Assembly: GCA_964106645.2 (NCBI GenBank)
Contig: OZ067051.1
From: Podarcis pityusensis
Taxonomy: Eukaryota
Strand: one strand, 5' to 3'
Length of the DNA: 64,000 bases
In this document: positions 1 through 12,900 of the stretch, piece by piece
Layout: every line of letters begins with the position of its first letter
Numbering within the stretch: the stretch's first letter is position 1
Position numbers and translations under genes: made by a program
Notes under the pieces: model-generated
Told to the model about the DNA's origin: nothing
The model's database searches: none
Seen by the model: only the letters and a program-made list of their open reading frames with translations

Positions 1-795
1 CAGCTTGCCAAACGAACGGGGTCAGGGATCACACAAACCACAAGCAAGCCCCCTCCCTCAAATATTTTGCTGGGTGCAACAGGGGGATGCTTCTGCAAGC
101 TAGAGAGACTAAAACTTTCGGACCAGGTAAGGGCCCTTTTCTCCCCTTCCACTGGTTCAATGATAAAAGTCATCCACGTGTCTTGTGGCCTTGACCCCTC
201 TTGGAGGGCGCCCACAGCTTCAAGAAGGGAGATGCTGCAGAGTGCAACTGATGTGTCTCCCAGTGAGTTTTCAGGAAGGATGGGGTGGGCAAGGCAAGGG
301 AGGGAGGGAGGGAGGCAATGAAGAACTTCTCTTCTTCATCTCCCCTGTGATGGCTGCTGCGGGGCAAGAGAGATTTGGGCCTCTTTTCTCTCCCCTTGTG
401 CAGGGCAGGGTTGTAAGCTTACAGGAAGAGGGTTTCAAGTTGCAGCCCAGCACGGCAGGCTGCTGGTGTACGTTCCCATTCCCCCATTCCCCCATCCCTT
501 TTTCCCGCTGTGTTCTGCGCCTTGCATTTTTCCCCCCTCCGGGTTTCCTTTTGCCCACCCCCACCCAACCCTCGTGAGTCACAAGGGCTCAAAAACCCAC
601 TGGAGTCAGCGCAGCCAGGCTCAATAGCCATCTCTCTCTCTCCCACAAGTCCACCAGGTTCCACCACCTAACCAATTTCATGGCGTGAGGCTTCCCGCGC
701 CTTCTTTGCAGAAGAGCCAAGACTTGCCAGCATCTCCTCAAGAGCAGCAAATGCACGGCACCCAAGTGTCACTCAGGACCGCAGTTCTCAGCCTC
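1..795 (-). other. RAB11FIP3: RAB11FIP3 3' UTR (partial)
   Basis: Directly downstream of the stop codon; I saw no AATAAA/ATTAAA on the minus strand, so it probably continues past position 1. Confidence 0.75.
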
Positions 796-909
796 CTACT
801 TGACCTCCAGGATGGATGGGTTGGTTTCCATGATGGCCACAATGATCCGGTCAATGTAGTCCTGGAGCCGGAAATTGATCTCTTCTTGTTTCTGAATCGC
901 CTCCATTAG
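796..909 (-). CDS. RAB11FIP3: RAB11FIP3 last coding exon (FIP Rab-binding domain): LMEAIQKQEEINFRLQDYIDRIIVAIMETNPSILEVK*
   Basis: ctgcag|CTA acceptor, TAG stop at 798-796, YIDRII RBD motif. Confidence 0.97.
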   Translation of the reverse strand, partial: LMEAIQKQEEINFRLQDYIDRIIVAIMETNPSILEVK

Positions 910-3900
910 CTGCAGGGGGGAGAGAGAAAAGGGAAACTTATTACATGAAGGCTATTATTCTGAGTCTGGGCTGGAACAGCTTGTCCAAAGGCAGAGTACA
1001 GTGATGAACTGCTGCATAGAGGGCCATAGCACAGTGGTAGGGCATCTGCTGTGCATGCAAAAGGTCCCAATCCCCAGCATCGCCAGACAGGGCTGGGCGA
1101 GAATCCAACCTGAAACTCTGGAGAACCGCTGCCAGTCAACGTAGACACTGCTTGGCTAGACGGACTGTGTATAAGGCAACTTCCTATGTTTCTGTGCAGA
1201 AAAAAGCTCCCAAATACAAGAGCAGCAAACCATTACCAATAGCCCTTCCTAATGGAATCTCTGTGGAATCAATCCAGAGTTTGTTCTTGCACCTTCAATG
1301 GAACATGCCAATCACAATGTAGAAGCCATGTTCCATCTCCCTTCATGCTTCTCACTGTTTCCTTCAGTGGATTTTAAAGGTGGATGACATCTGCAGTTGT
1401 GTGTTGTCTTAACTGACATCCCTTACAACTAAATATACAGAGTGAGGCCCATCTGCACCCCAATTCTGCATGGTTATTAGGGAAAGATTTTGAAATGAAT
1501 CCCAGGGTAACTGCTTTGTGTACCACTCTAACACTGCCTCTTCCAGAGAGAACTTACATGACTATTTACTGAACTGTTTTTTACTGATCAGCTCTCACTC
1601 ACAAAATACAGCTTTTATATTTTCTGATTTAAGACCCCTCGGGGCAGCTTACAACTCTTAAAATGCATCAATAAAACCATATTCAGAGAGAGAAGTAATA
1701 ATAAAAGCACAAAAATGGCACAATCCCCAAACCCATATACCTATTTTGTCATTACAGTGGGTTGTAAGTGACAAGGAGAGTGCTGCAGAAGGATGGTCCA
1801 CAAATTAAAATTTAAAGATTCTGGTCTAACTTCCATTTTCTCACTGGAATAAATACTTTTCAACTTCCTAAAGGCCAGAAACTTTTGTTTGTTTTTGAGG
1901 TGGGGAAAAATACAGTTTCTGTTTCATCAGGATTCATACCTGCAAAGTTCCATGTAGGAACAGCACTTCAGTGCAGCATCAACAGTGAAAACTCAGCATT
2001 ATGCAGAACACTGTTGAATTTGATTATTTGTTCCGAATTAAAACAGGAGGGGGGGGGGTGAGGCTTGCATCTGGCAAACTGATAATTTATAGTGTATTCA
2101 CACTTGGATATGGGAAAAAGATTTAAGTCCTTAGTCTTCCTTTAAAAACCCAAAGTATTGCAAGGTTTCATATGAATTTAATTTCACCTTTACTGCTGAC
2201 AGGAAAGTGGTACCCAGTGTTTCCCGCAGACCCTCCCACAGTACCTCATCTCTGGAGACGGAGCTGATTTCTGCAGCCAGAGATTCAGAGAAGGAAGCAG
2301 AGAAGAGGTTCTTGGCGCCTTGAATACTGAGGTTTATGATCTGCCCATTCAGCTCATCATTCTGTTCCTTCAAGTTTCGGTTATCCTGTTGGCAAAAAGA
2401 AACCCAAAATGTTGCAACTGTTATCACTACCAGCTCCTTCCACCATGAACATATGTGTGAAGCTGCCTTACTGCAGATGCTCACCATCTAGTTCAGAATT
2501 CTGACTGACAGTGTTTGTGATACACTTTCATGTAGCCTTTGCAAACCTCACATCCATTCATGCCACAAATTGACAGCACACATAAATATATTTCAAAACT
2601 AAAACATATGTGCAATGAGTTCTATCTAATGCTCCCCGTGCATTGCTTTGCTGGCACAATGGGACTCTTTCTCTCCTCCCCTCGTGCGTCCCACAACTAC
2701 CCCAGAGCAGATTTTGATGACACATGGGGCGCTGTAGAAGAGAGGACAGGAAGAGAAAGCTGCAAGTCTGTTGCACTAGTGCATTGGATACAACCTCATA
2801 AACTTCAGCTGAATTAAAAATGATTATAAAATTAATTCAGATGCATGATCATAATTTCCTGGCAGCTGTGACAAATAATGCCACCATATAAGTAATATAA
2901 AATTGCTTCTCCAACAACAACCATGACATGTTTCATCCTGGTAATATAAAATAATGCTTGACAAAAAATATTCCCTTGAGTCTGCAGAATAAATAGCAAT
3001 CTATATCTTTAATGTAAATGCATTTTAAAATGCATTTTTGATCCTGCAGTGGGATGCCTTATAAAGAAGCTGACCATCTAGATATGCTCTGCAGATACGT
3101 GGATGACATTACTTGGCACCTACAATCTGTAAAAGATCCGTAAATGGCAGAAGATCTAAGTTTAAGAATAATGTGCCATGGAATGATTATTTTAGCATAC
3201 CGCTGGGAGAAGTGTATATGATTAAAGAGTGCACAATTGTTCTGCTTAGCCAACATACCAAATCCTAAGGGCACAATAATGGTTTAAGGACCAAAGATTC
3301 AACAGTTTAGTTATAAACTTGCTCATTTATTTTGACCTCTCTCCACCAACATCTGACCTTTAGTTGTTCCAGCCAGCACATTTTTTTAGCATCCTCTTGC
3401 ATTTAATTTGAACCAGTCTCTGAAATGCAGGGCCAGTAGAGCTATACTGAGACCCACAATGCTCTCTCCTCCCAGTACCCAATTCAGATACAGCATAGAA
3501 GTCTGTAAGGGAAGCTCAAGTACCTGCTTGAGCCGCCTGATCTCTTGTTCCAGTTCTGTCTCCCGCGTCCGGCTGTTATATTCCTGGAGGCCTATGCTGC
3601 TGCTCCTGCCCCTTCGCTGTTCTGCTTCCAGTTTGAAGAGCTGCAGGTGCTCCAGCTGTTTCCTGAGGTCCTCAATCAACTGCAAGGCAAGGGAGGCAAA
3701 CTAGATTAGTGGAGGACTATCGCCCAAGAGCACTAGCCCATACACACAAAGCGACTCTTTACTGCAAGGAGTTAAATGGGCTGGAGCACTAGGTGTGCAA
3801 GGCAAAAGGCACAAATGCCTCTGCACTGATAACAATGTAATATTTATTCAAAAAGGAGAGACAGGCAGGCAGACAGACAGACAGACAGAAAGACAGGAGG

Positions 3901-6900
3901 CCTTTGATAACCTTACACCCACCCTGAAATGAAGTCTTAAACATAATCCTATGATCTACAACTAGTTCCACCCAAAACTGGAGATCAACAGCCAAGGGCA
4001 GGACTGATAAGGGCCAAGACTTTACGGCAGGGATGGGGAACCTGTGGCCCTCACTATGCTGCTGGGATTCTTAACTCCTATCAGCACCAGCCAACACGTG
4101 CTGATGGGAGTTGTAGCCCAAAACATCTAGAGTTCACCAGGTTGGCAAAGCAATGCATTTTGCTAAACATAGTGAAAAAGGCAAGGAAAAAGCCTGCTCT
4201 GGAGGGGATGGGGTGGGTTTTTGTTTCTTTGTTCTTGTTCTTATCATGTATTTTGTGCTTTTATATTGTATTTTTATGTCGTGAACCACCTCAAGATCTG
4301 TGGATGAAGGACAGTATACAAATTTAATAAACAATACAAATAATCTAGTCAGAAGATGAGTGAGATATATGGGGGTGGGGGTGAGGCAGGATAGCAGGGA
4401 GTGCCCCATGGTGCAGTCCCCCTCTGGAAGCCAGCAGGCTCTGCTCACCTCCTGGGTCGATTCCTTGTCCTTTTGGAACTGGTGCCTCTCGTGGGTCAGC
4501 TTGTCTCCCAACTTCCTCTTGTTCTCCTGCTCCTCATTGAGCTGCATTGTGAGGTCTTCTATTTCATCTAGCAACTTCTGCTTCTCCTGAAAAAAAAACC
4601 AGGGAAATGAAACTGTAACCCTCCCAACACTCTCACCTCTTAAGTCCAGCAAGACCCCATGCCTTCCCACACTTGGAAAAGGGACACTGCAGGACTGATT
4701 GCTACCAAGCTCAGTTAATATCCCGCTATCCCAAAATACACACCATTGGTATCCAATTCAGGGCTGTTTGAGCTGACACACTGTCCACAAGCAGTTCATG
4801 ATGCTGAGAGCAGACTTGAGGAGGAGCTCACAACCAGCCATGTCAGAATTTGTGTTGGCAACTAAAAACATTGGCCTGCCACTAGAGGGCAGAATGACAA
4901 CAAGCAAGGAACATAAGAAACCTGCTTTAAGCAAGGCAAAGGGGTTAGAAATGTACAAGTGATCCAGACAAGGTAACACATGCTGTTAGTTGGGTTTTAT
5001 TATTATGGATGCTGCTTGAAACTCTCTCCTCATCAGCAAAAGTGGGAGACCCCTTGGCCAAACATGAATGTAATAGGGGGCCTTAGGCATATCTTCCCCT
5101 CAGCTTTGTCACCCCACCCGCATCTGTTAAGTGGAATAAAGTGACAATGCATGTTGCAAAAAAGCAATAAAAAAGAACTTCTTCTTCTATTAAATTTCTA
5201 GCTAGCGGCAAAGAAGTTGTTGAGATGAGTTCTTACCACAACTATCAGCTTGTCTTTTTCAACATTCTCTAAAATGTTGACCAGATATGCTTTACATGAT
5301 GGAATAACCACCAGTTTTCAATATCTAACCAAAACAATTATTTGCTACCAGTAACAATTAGTAACTAGAAGCCTAACTGAAGGTTGCAACTCAATATCCT
5401 AAGTATTCAACAATGCAGCAAAAATAGCCAAATTAGGCTTCCAAAAAGCAGGACAAAAATAGCCTCTTGGATTTAAAATCACAGAACAAATAAAACTGTA
5501 GATTTTTAGACAAGGAACCTTTCTTTTTTAAAAAATGTATCATGCTGACATTTGAAACAAGGTGTCAGAATGTCTGGTTTTGATACCAAGGGAAATCCAT
5601 CTGTGCAAAATCGCACATATTGCCCATTTTGTATAAAATCACAGAATTCATATACAATGTTAATTTCCCAGTTACAGTATATACAGGGTGAGTCCTTTAA
5701 AAGAGGACCCGTGGATACAGAGTACACATGTTCCACAGGGCCTCTTTTAAAAGACTCACCCTGTACTTGGATACAATTACCTGCTACAAAATTCCCTTTA
5801 ATTTCCTTTCCTCTTATCTGAAGGAGCTGAACACTTGTAGCCTGCATCCCAAAATAAAAGTCTCACTCACTCGCACTATGTTTTTTATCTTGGATTACAG
5901 GTGACCCACCCCTTGCCCCCGCAAAAATTAAGCCAAAATCTAATCACAACCCCTCCAAACTAGCCTTCCACTTGATCATATAAGAGAAAGTTGATGCAGT
6001 ATCATCTTAGGATAACCACTATAGCAAATCACAGGAGATACATCATACATTTCTATGCATATTTACTCCAAAGAAATCCCTGCTATATTCAGTGGGGTTT
6101 ACTACAAGGTAGGTGAACACAGGGATTGGAGTCTAAAAGTGACAGGTTTGAAGTTACAAGGCAGCCTAGGCTCATATTCAGAGAAAGGCTAGTATTTGAC
6201 CTCAGGGGGAGACAAATAATCAGAGATTTGCATAAGTGCATGGCCTAAAGCAGGTGTGCAGCATCTCTGGCAAGAGCAAACTGAGCACAGCTTGCTCTGA
6301 AGGCAAGGATGCTGAGTAACGGTGGGATAATTAATGCTGTGTCACTGAAACAGAGCCATATGCATTTTTCTTTACCGCTGAGAAATTCTGGTCCAGAGGA
6401 AAGCACACCACCCCTTTTATTTTTAAGGCACACAGAGGCATATTACAAAAATCTCTGCCCGGCAAAGGCACCTCACCTCCTCTAGCCTCTCAATATTGGC
6501 TCTTAGGCAAGGGACGCAGGACCGAAGTTCGCCGTTCTCATCATCCAGCTGCTGTATCCTGCAGTTCACAGAAACAAGCATAAGCTTGGAAATATACTGC
6601 CATCCCTGCAAGCAGGAGGCCTCTCTGCCTGGCCCTTGTGACTCTCCCCAGGCCACACCCCTCACTGGCCTTGGCTGGCCTCGTGTGCCCTTGAACCCTG
6701 ATCTTTCTTCTCGCTTGCCTGGATGGAGAAGAGAGACGTGTGTGTGAGTGCAAATAACTGTACAAAGCCTAAAATTTACATCGGTTGCTCCACCCACCTT
6801 TAGCCTGGTCCCAACCACCCCTGGCATGGGAACCCCTAGAAGGCTGTCCAAAGGGGAATGTAGCCCCACCAGCACCAACACGTGTTAACTATATGTTGTA

Positions 6901-9900
6901 CGAATAAGGGCTTCCTTTTTTACGTGCTGAATCTTCTGCCAGTGAATGTAACTGGATGACCCCGAGTATGGAAGTGCCTAAGCAGAGTCTCCACGCATTT
7001 GCCAACCGTACCGGGCTTGGAGGTTCTCGATCTCAATGCTCTTCTCCCGCTCCATCTTGCTCAGCAGATCCCGCTGTTTCCGGATTTCATCCATGAGGAC
7101 CTCATCTGATTTCAGCTCCTGCTCTTTCAGCTGCTCCTCCAGGGCATTCGCTCTGTGAAGACATAAAGAGGTTGTAGAGTTCAGTGGCTGACACTCCACA
7201 GGGCAACTCCCCCTGGAGCACAACTGTTCAGGCGAAAAAGCATTTTGCACACAAATGAAGGAAAATAACATTTGGTATAGGGGTCATTTCACCATGCCGA
7301 TTCTAACATGTAATTTTCTTATTGTGTATACTTGTTTTAAAGTTGCTGGTTTTATTTTTATTTTGACAAAATACGACATTAAATTTGTTTTTAATGTTCG
7401 CTCCTATCAATATTATTTGCTTACTATTTCAGGTAGTTCTTTGTAAATGCTTAGAAACATAGAAAATGTGTTTAAATAAATAGGAAGTATTCTATTTGAA
7501 ATGGCACACATGCACACCACACCCAAATTACTGGGGCATGGAGGGGAAGCATGAGACCCATAATGAAATCCAAAAACTGCACACCCTATCCTCACAATAT
7601 TAGCTGAATCATGTCCCCCACCCAATGATTTGAGCATTGGCCTAATTTCTTTGTTTAAACCAAGGGTCCCCTGCTTTATAAGTTGATCAACTTATATAGC
7701 TGCCATGGACCCTAACAGACCTTACCAAAATAGAGAACCACAATAACTAAATAAAAGAGAAAAATTATATTGAGTATAGAGGAAAATGGAACACTGAGTT
7801 GACCTTGATGCTTTCATACACCCCAAACCAGAACCAGTTCTCCTCTTTCTCATTGTCTCCACCAGCTAAATAACAGAGCATGATAAAGTAAATTCTACTA
7901 ACGATTGATAGGGCTGTGTCATGTCTCAAGCCCTGTCATTCCACACAACTGTGTCACATGCCATTTCTGAACACACAGACAGGCTCGTCTCAAAGCTGAC
8001 ACCTGACATGCAAGCCAACCTCCCACCCACCCGCTTTTTACCTGTGCACCAGCTGTAGGTTTTCCTGCTTTAAGCGGCTGTGCTGCTCCCCATTTGCTGC
8101 CGTGTCCTTTTCCAGCTCTGTCACTCTTTTCTCTAGGAAGATCACCTGCAGAAGGATCAGTGAGAGTCAAGCATTAAAAGGCCTGTCCTTCCTGCTTCAC
8201 CCATAGGGCATGAAAGCCAGTCTGGGGCCAGAGGTTTTGGTCCAATTCAAGAGCAAGCAGCTCTAACCAGTTGTGCACTTTGTTTCCTCCGCACTTCATG
8301 GTCCTTTGCTTAACGTCATATTATCATCCTTGGCTCCTTAGTCTGTAATACCCAAAGCCTCACCTTTTGGGAGAGATTTAAAAATAGAATGCTCCTTCTT
8401 GGTAATCCATTTGAGTCAATGATCAGGGCTGCTGTTTCAAAACCCTTAAGATGCTGGATGCTCGCATATCCTAAGCCAGTGCACCACAGCAGCAGCAGCA
8501 GAAGCAGCTGGGAAAGTGGGGGGTGGCCTTCTTATAATCATGAATAGGGAACCTGTGGCCTTTAATAAAGGATGGGTTAGAAATTTTTCTAAACACATAA
8601 AAAGTAAAGCATCCCAGTGGCCATGCAGGCTGGGGCTGGTGGGAGCCCGAAATTGTCTGGAGCAGTACTGGAGAAGCATTACACCCTTATGGGAGGAGGG
8701 TGTCTGCTGCCTCTCTGTATGAGTCACTGGTCTGTGTTAGTCTCCTCCTGATCAGGAGACACATATCCAGATCTTTAACAGAGAGACAGACAGACAGACA
8801 GACAGAGAAGAAAGCATTTGCTTCCACACACTCTAACAGTAATGCTTTCCAGCTGTAAAACACACCCACCTTATCAGTGATGTCCTCTTCCAGGCATTCG
8901 GTGTTGTTCCGGAAGGGTTCCTCCATGACATCCAGAGGGAGGGTTCCTGTCTGGTGAAGGTGCCTGTAACGAAGACAGACCAGGCCGATCCAAAGCAAGA
9001 AGACAATTAGAAGGACCATCATCACAGAAAACACCGAACTAGCACAGTTGTGCATGGGTTAACATTTCCACCTTGCTCCTTTCCCTTCCTGCAGGGGATT
9101 CCATCATCAAGTGCAGTTCAGAAGCCCTGTCTGACTACCAGAGTTGGATTTCTCAATTAAAAAACCCCAAACACTTCTGTTTCACGGGCTACTGCCTGCC
9201 CACCCACAGCATCCCTCGATAGTCCTCTAAGCTGAACAAGGTTGTCTGGCACCTTTGTGGGGTGGCAGAAAGAACAATAGCGTATTACCAGGTACCCACA
9301 CTTACACACCTTTTCCCCTTTGCTCTTTGGAATATGGGATGATTAAGATCTGACTTTCTCCCACTTAATTTCTTTCTGATCTTCATGGCAGTGAGATAAA
9401 ACACGTTCTCAAGAGCAATAAAGAACATGAAAGAGGAAGGACCGTGGCTCAACGCTGCAGAATATATACTTCGCAGGCTGGACGTCCCAGGATAAATTGC
9501 TGGAGTGGCCCGTTTGCATCTGGGAATCCTACATTCAAATCCTCACCCACTCTAAAGCCTATTAGACAGCCTTCGGCAAGCGGCTGTATTTCAGTCTAAT
9601 CTACTTCGTAGGAAGAGCTATAGCTCAGGAGCACAGCACCTGCCTTGCATTCAGAGGTTCCTAGGTTGAATCCCCACATTTTCAGGTAGGGGCAGGAAAT
9701 TTCTCTGCCTAAAACCCTGGGGAGCCACTGGCAGTCAGTGTAGACCATACTCAGCTAGGTGGAAAGCATAAGGCAGCTTTCTGTGTTCCCTAAGAGGCAG
9801 GCTGGGAGGCAGAGAGCAAATTCATAAAACAAGCCCTCCCATCATGTTGAGGCTCCTGCATTGCAGGGGGTTGGACTAGATGACACTCATGGTCCCTTCC

Positions 9901-12900
9901 GACTCTACAATGCTACGATTCTACGCCCCCACACATATGGAAGCTGCTTCCATTTTAACACTTCTCCCTGTGTGCCTCTGTTGTGGTCCAAAGGCCATCA
10001 TTTTATGACACAACACCCAGGTCAGACATTTATCAGCTGTTAACTAGTAATGCACTTTATCACTTAAAGAGTGTTCAATATTCCACCCAAAGGACAAGGG
10101 GGAGGCAGGCTTTGGGTGTCCTCTGCCTTCCCCACCCGCCATGCAAAGCCTTAATACAGAAATTCATGCACCGAGAGACTGTGAACGCATTGTAGTGTTT
10201 GAAGGGTGGTTAATAAGAGGTGGTTAATGATAGGTTACAGGTGGTTAATAAAAGTTACACTGCTGATCAACCAAAGGAAAGCATGAAATATATACAGGCA
10301 GCTTGGAAGCTATGGACCTCATTCCAGATCTCCCTCCACAGCAGCAAAACCTGTCTCTTGCAAACAAGGCAGAGCCAGGAATACCATCAGCTTTGGTAAA
10401 GAAATGCCACCCCAAAAGCCCTGCAAGAGGGCAAGCACAGCCTCCTTCCTGACGGCTCATTAAATCTGAGCCAGGCCATATGGCAGGGATAGCCAACCTA
10501 ACCCAGAGGTTGCTAGACTACATCTCCCATCATCCCTAACCACTAGTCTATGTTAGGTGGGGCTGATGGCAGTTGGGGCCCAGCAGCATTTATTTGGAGG
10601 ATGCCATGTTAGTTACCTCTGGCTGTGGTGGCAGGAGGAGGACACAGCGGTGACTGGGCAATCAATATTGTCCCAACCAGTGTTCATGTCGGAAAGAAAC
10701 TGGTTCCACTGGCCAGCTAGCATGAGAGGGTGGGTGAGCTGCATCCTGCCCCCCAATAAACAAGGAAAGTGATGTAAAAGCTCCAGTCTTATAGGCACCT
10801 CTCATGGATGTTACCCAGGGCTGGGGTGTGTGAGGAGTCCCTCCCATGTAGTTTTTAAATGCTCCTCTATCTCTTCACTTCAGAGGCTCAGGTTGGGTAT
10901 AAATGTAATAAATAGAATAGAATTTAAAAATAGATGGAGGACTGTGTGTGTGTGTGTATCACCTACTTTGGGGGAGGCAGTTGCTGGTGTTTTAGCTGCT
11001 TAAATGTATCCACCTAAGTTTTAGTCAGAGTAGACCTATTGAAAAGAAAGGAACTAAGTTCACCATGTCCGTTAATTTCAGTGGGTTACTCTGATTAAAG
11101 CTAACCCCTTTTCCCAGACCCAAAATGGCAGCAAAAGCAACACCTAATCCAGTGAAGAACACCCACCCCTTGTGCAACTTTCATAGTTTAATCGTGAGTC
11201 CCGAAGGGCGGACCAACAGATGGGTATCCACATGCTCTGGTTGAATTTTGGCAAATCAGCAGCAGGATGCTATTCCATAATGGCGGGTTGGGGGAAGAGA
11301 GCGAGCCAGAGCAGGAAGAAGCCCCAAGAATGCCCTTTCTCACACTTTGTTCTTTTTGCAACCTATGTGTAGAGAATAATCATTAAAATAAAGTGTGTGC
11401 TGGTGGATGTCTGAGATGCTTTAACAGGAGAGCCCCACGTGGAGAAAGTAGTCTCCCAAGGTACGCTGGGCAGAAGCTTTACAGCTTTTACCCCTGAGAC
11501 AAGGTAGCCTTCCAAATTTAAGTGCTAGACTGGTAACAAGGAGCAGCATGTCAGTTGGTGAGTAGGGCAGATGGAGGACAGGTCAAGCAATCCGGCCCTC
11601 CTGAGCACCCAGCAGAGAAACCAAACAGGCTACAGGGAGAAGCCCCCTCCTCTGTACCCAGTGTGGAAATGCGGGTTCGCTGTGTCCCCCTTCTCCACCA
11701 GCCCCCCACAGACGAGTAAAAAAATGACAACCCTCCCAAACTGCAAGACTCCTCAAATCCAAGCAAAATATAAATAGAGCCTCCAGGAGTACCTTCATCA
11801 ATTCCCTCTGGGACAAGAAGAAAACATACCAAACAAAGACCACCCACATGCACTTCTAGCATGCAACGCCGAAAGATGTAACTGCTCAGGAGATGTACTT
11901 TTTTAAAAAACAAGGAAAGAAACTGCCCTCATGCAGTCACTGAAAAGAGAAGGTGGAAGGAGAAAGAGTGACCCCCACCACATGGGGGGGCCCATGCAAG
12001 GAAGCTGTCGAGTGGGCTTTGAGAGCAAGCGCAGGGAGAGTAAAAGGAACATCAGAGCATACCTGGCTACCTTCTTGCTTGAGAGCCTCTTATTTGGACT
12101 GTGGAATGAACAACAGGAAAACTAAGTCAGGAAAACTGACACCCAAGAGCAACAAGCGAAACAGGAAGCAAGCGAAGACAGAGCGGCAGGGGCATATCCT
12201 TTACAATTCACGGCACAAATGCACAACACAGCACACCCAGGCCATGCACCCCATGTCCCACCCCATCCCGCCCCAAATCTAAACCCAGCCAGAGGCAACA
12301 TATTTTCTGCACGTTTTTAGCAGCGCTGCAACATCGGAACGGAACAAAGCAGGCCCTCTGCGGTGCCTGCAGGAGCATCCACCGCTCCTCTTCCCCCCGC
12401 GTCCGTTCGCTGGCCAGTCCTGAAAACAGATCCCGAGGCTAAGAATAGAACTTGAGTGTGGTGGGACTTTCGGCTTCTGCTGGATTTAAACCCACCTGTC
12501 AGCCAAGCGGGCATCTGAACCCCCGATAGCAAGGTGCAGGGAGTGCCAAGCAACGTACCTCAAACAGGCGCACCACAGAAAAGGTTTGTGGCACACAGAG
12601 GTGAAGCCAAATGCACACACCTGAAAAAGCCCCACTACGAAACAAGGCTGGACGTGCCTTGGCCATCTTTCTAAGCAGGAGCTTCTGTCAGAGAAAGAGG
12701 AGAAGGGGCCGGAAGGATGACTGGAAACACGACAAGAAGCAGAGAGAGGAGAACCCAAACCTAGTAAGTAGTGAGGCTGAGAGAACTCTTAAAGGTCACC
12801 CCTAGGAAAGAGGTTTCTAGCCCAAATCGTGGCATCACCTTTTCTGACCTCTAGAGGTGTGTGTATCTGTTTCAGGGACTACGTTTTAACTGCTAAGATA

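Noticed and set aside
1021-1095. Functional tRNA genes at SINE heads (also near 34802 and 23557)
   Set aside because: The cloverleaf is degenerate and each continues into a shared SINE body.
12367-12419. 53-nt GC-rich candidate exon
   Set aside because: Weak GC donor (gcaccg) and not frame-preserving.
12559-12620. 62-nt AG/GT-bounded candidate exon
   Set aside because: Short pyrimidine tract, frameshifting with a stop, no homology support; probably a pseudo-exon.
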